From: Eledone cirrhosa
Taxonomy: Eukaryota
DNA: 64,000 nt
Direction of reading: 5' to 3'
Assembly (NCBI GenBank): GCA_964016885.1
Contig: CAXHJY010001426.1
Coordinates: 62,001-126,000 of the forward strand
How positions within the stretch are numbered: the stretch's first letter is position 1; each line of letters opens with the position of its first letter. The position numbers and the translations under genes are program-made. The notes beneath the pieces are model-generated. The model was not told the origin of the DNA, ran no database searches, and saw only the letters and a list, made by a program, of their open reading frames with translations. Positions 63,501 to 64,000 of the stretch are shown piece after piece.

Positions 63501-64000
63501 TCCAAGGGGAGATAATTTCCAGCCAGCCAAGGGGAGATAATTTGTAAAAAAAATCAGAGGGAGATAATTTGTAAAAAAAAATCAGGGGGAGATAATTTGT
63601 AAAAAATAATCAGGGGGAGATAATTTGTAAAAAAATCAAGGGGAGATAATTTCCAGCCGTCCAAGGGGAGATAATTTTCAGCCGTCCAAGGGGAGATAAT
63701 TTCCCGCCAGCCAAGGGAAGATAATATTTAAAAAAATTAGGCGGAGATAATTTGTAAAAAAAATCGGGGGGAGATAATTTGTAAAAAAATCAGGGGGAGA
63801 TAATTTGTAAAAAAAATCAGGGGGAGATAATTTGTAAAAAAAATCAGGGGGAGATAATTTGTAAAAAAAAATCAGGGGTAGATAATTTGTAAAAAAAAAT
63901 CAGGGGGAGATAATTTGTAAAAAAAAATCAGGGAGAGATAATTTGTAAAAAAAATCAGGGGGAGATAATTTGTAAAAAAAAATCAGGGGTAGATAATTTG

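Larger units (their letters stand above)
1..64000 (+). repeat. Composite tandem satellite array of two related monomers (A 25 bp, B 26-29 bp), head-to-tail, running off both window ends
   Basis: The core GGGGAGATAATTT or a close variant recurs every 24-29 bp from start to end. I saw no unique insert or inversion. The + strand is purine-rich throughout. Confidence 0.99.

Noticed and set aside
532-63530. About 200 short minus-strand ORFs (60-163 aa) built from LDGWKLSPLGRLEIISPWTAGNYLP and FFTNYLPLI/YKLSPPDF repeats
   Set aside because: These are translations of the satellite. The reverse complement of the 25-bp A monomer has no stop in any frame, while the + strand has TAA in every monomer. 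The ORFs overlap in several frames, mostly start at non-ATG codons, are frameshifted by variable A-runs and show no recognisable domain.
1-64000. CRISPR-like array (constant repeat plus spacer)
   Set aside because: The constant part is only 13 bp. The 'spacers' are 12-16 bp, come in just two recurring types and are not unique. There is no leader and no cas gene.
1-64000. Canonical telomerase-synthesised telomere
   Set aside because: There is no TTAGGG-type or other telomeric unit I recognise. Two monomer types and variants inherited over multi-kb duplications point to recombinational amplification.
1-64000. Canonical G-quadruplex array
   Set aside because: The G-runs are separated by about 21-24 nt, far longer than canonical 1-7 nt loops. 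Stable intramolecular G4 cannot be supported from the sequence.
1-64000. Embedded transposon, LTR, inverted repeat, rRNA or tRNA gene
   Set aside because: I saw no non-satellite stretch and no reverse-orientation monomers anywhere in the window.
1-64000. A single fixed higher-order repeat period
   Set aside because: Offsets between paralogous markers differ by region (1.1, 1.8, 5.6-5.9, 11.75, 12.26, 17.8 and 20.1 kb), so no one period tiles the window.

Overview
The whole 64 kb window is one uninterrupted, single-orientation, non-coding tandem-repeat (satellite) array of roughly 2,400-2,500 short monomers (estimate: 64,000 / ~26 bp). I see no gene, RNA gene, transposon or unique sequence. 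Two monomer types share a 13-bp core, GGGGAGATAATTT. Type A is GGGGAGATAATTTCCAGCCGTCCAA (25 bp, GC-rich tail with a CpG). Type B is GGGGGAGATAATTTGT(A7-10)TCA (26-29 bp, A-tract tail). They alternate in blocks of about 1-13 monomers, with fixed junction monomers and position-specific variants. These blocks form about four recurrent modules, which are shuffled and amplified by nested segmental duplications. Offsets I could verify from diagnostic variants and ORF-track coordinates are 1,147; 1,816; 5,646/5,866; 12,255/12,256; 17,815/17,872; 20,148; 11,750 and 29,621 bp. All listed ORFs are minus-strand read-throughs of the stop-free A monomer and are rejected as genes. The window most resembles a eukaryotic (peri)centromeric or subtelomeric composite satellite with irregular higher-order structure. 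I cannot identify the organism or name the family, and any function is inference.
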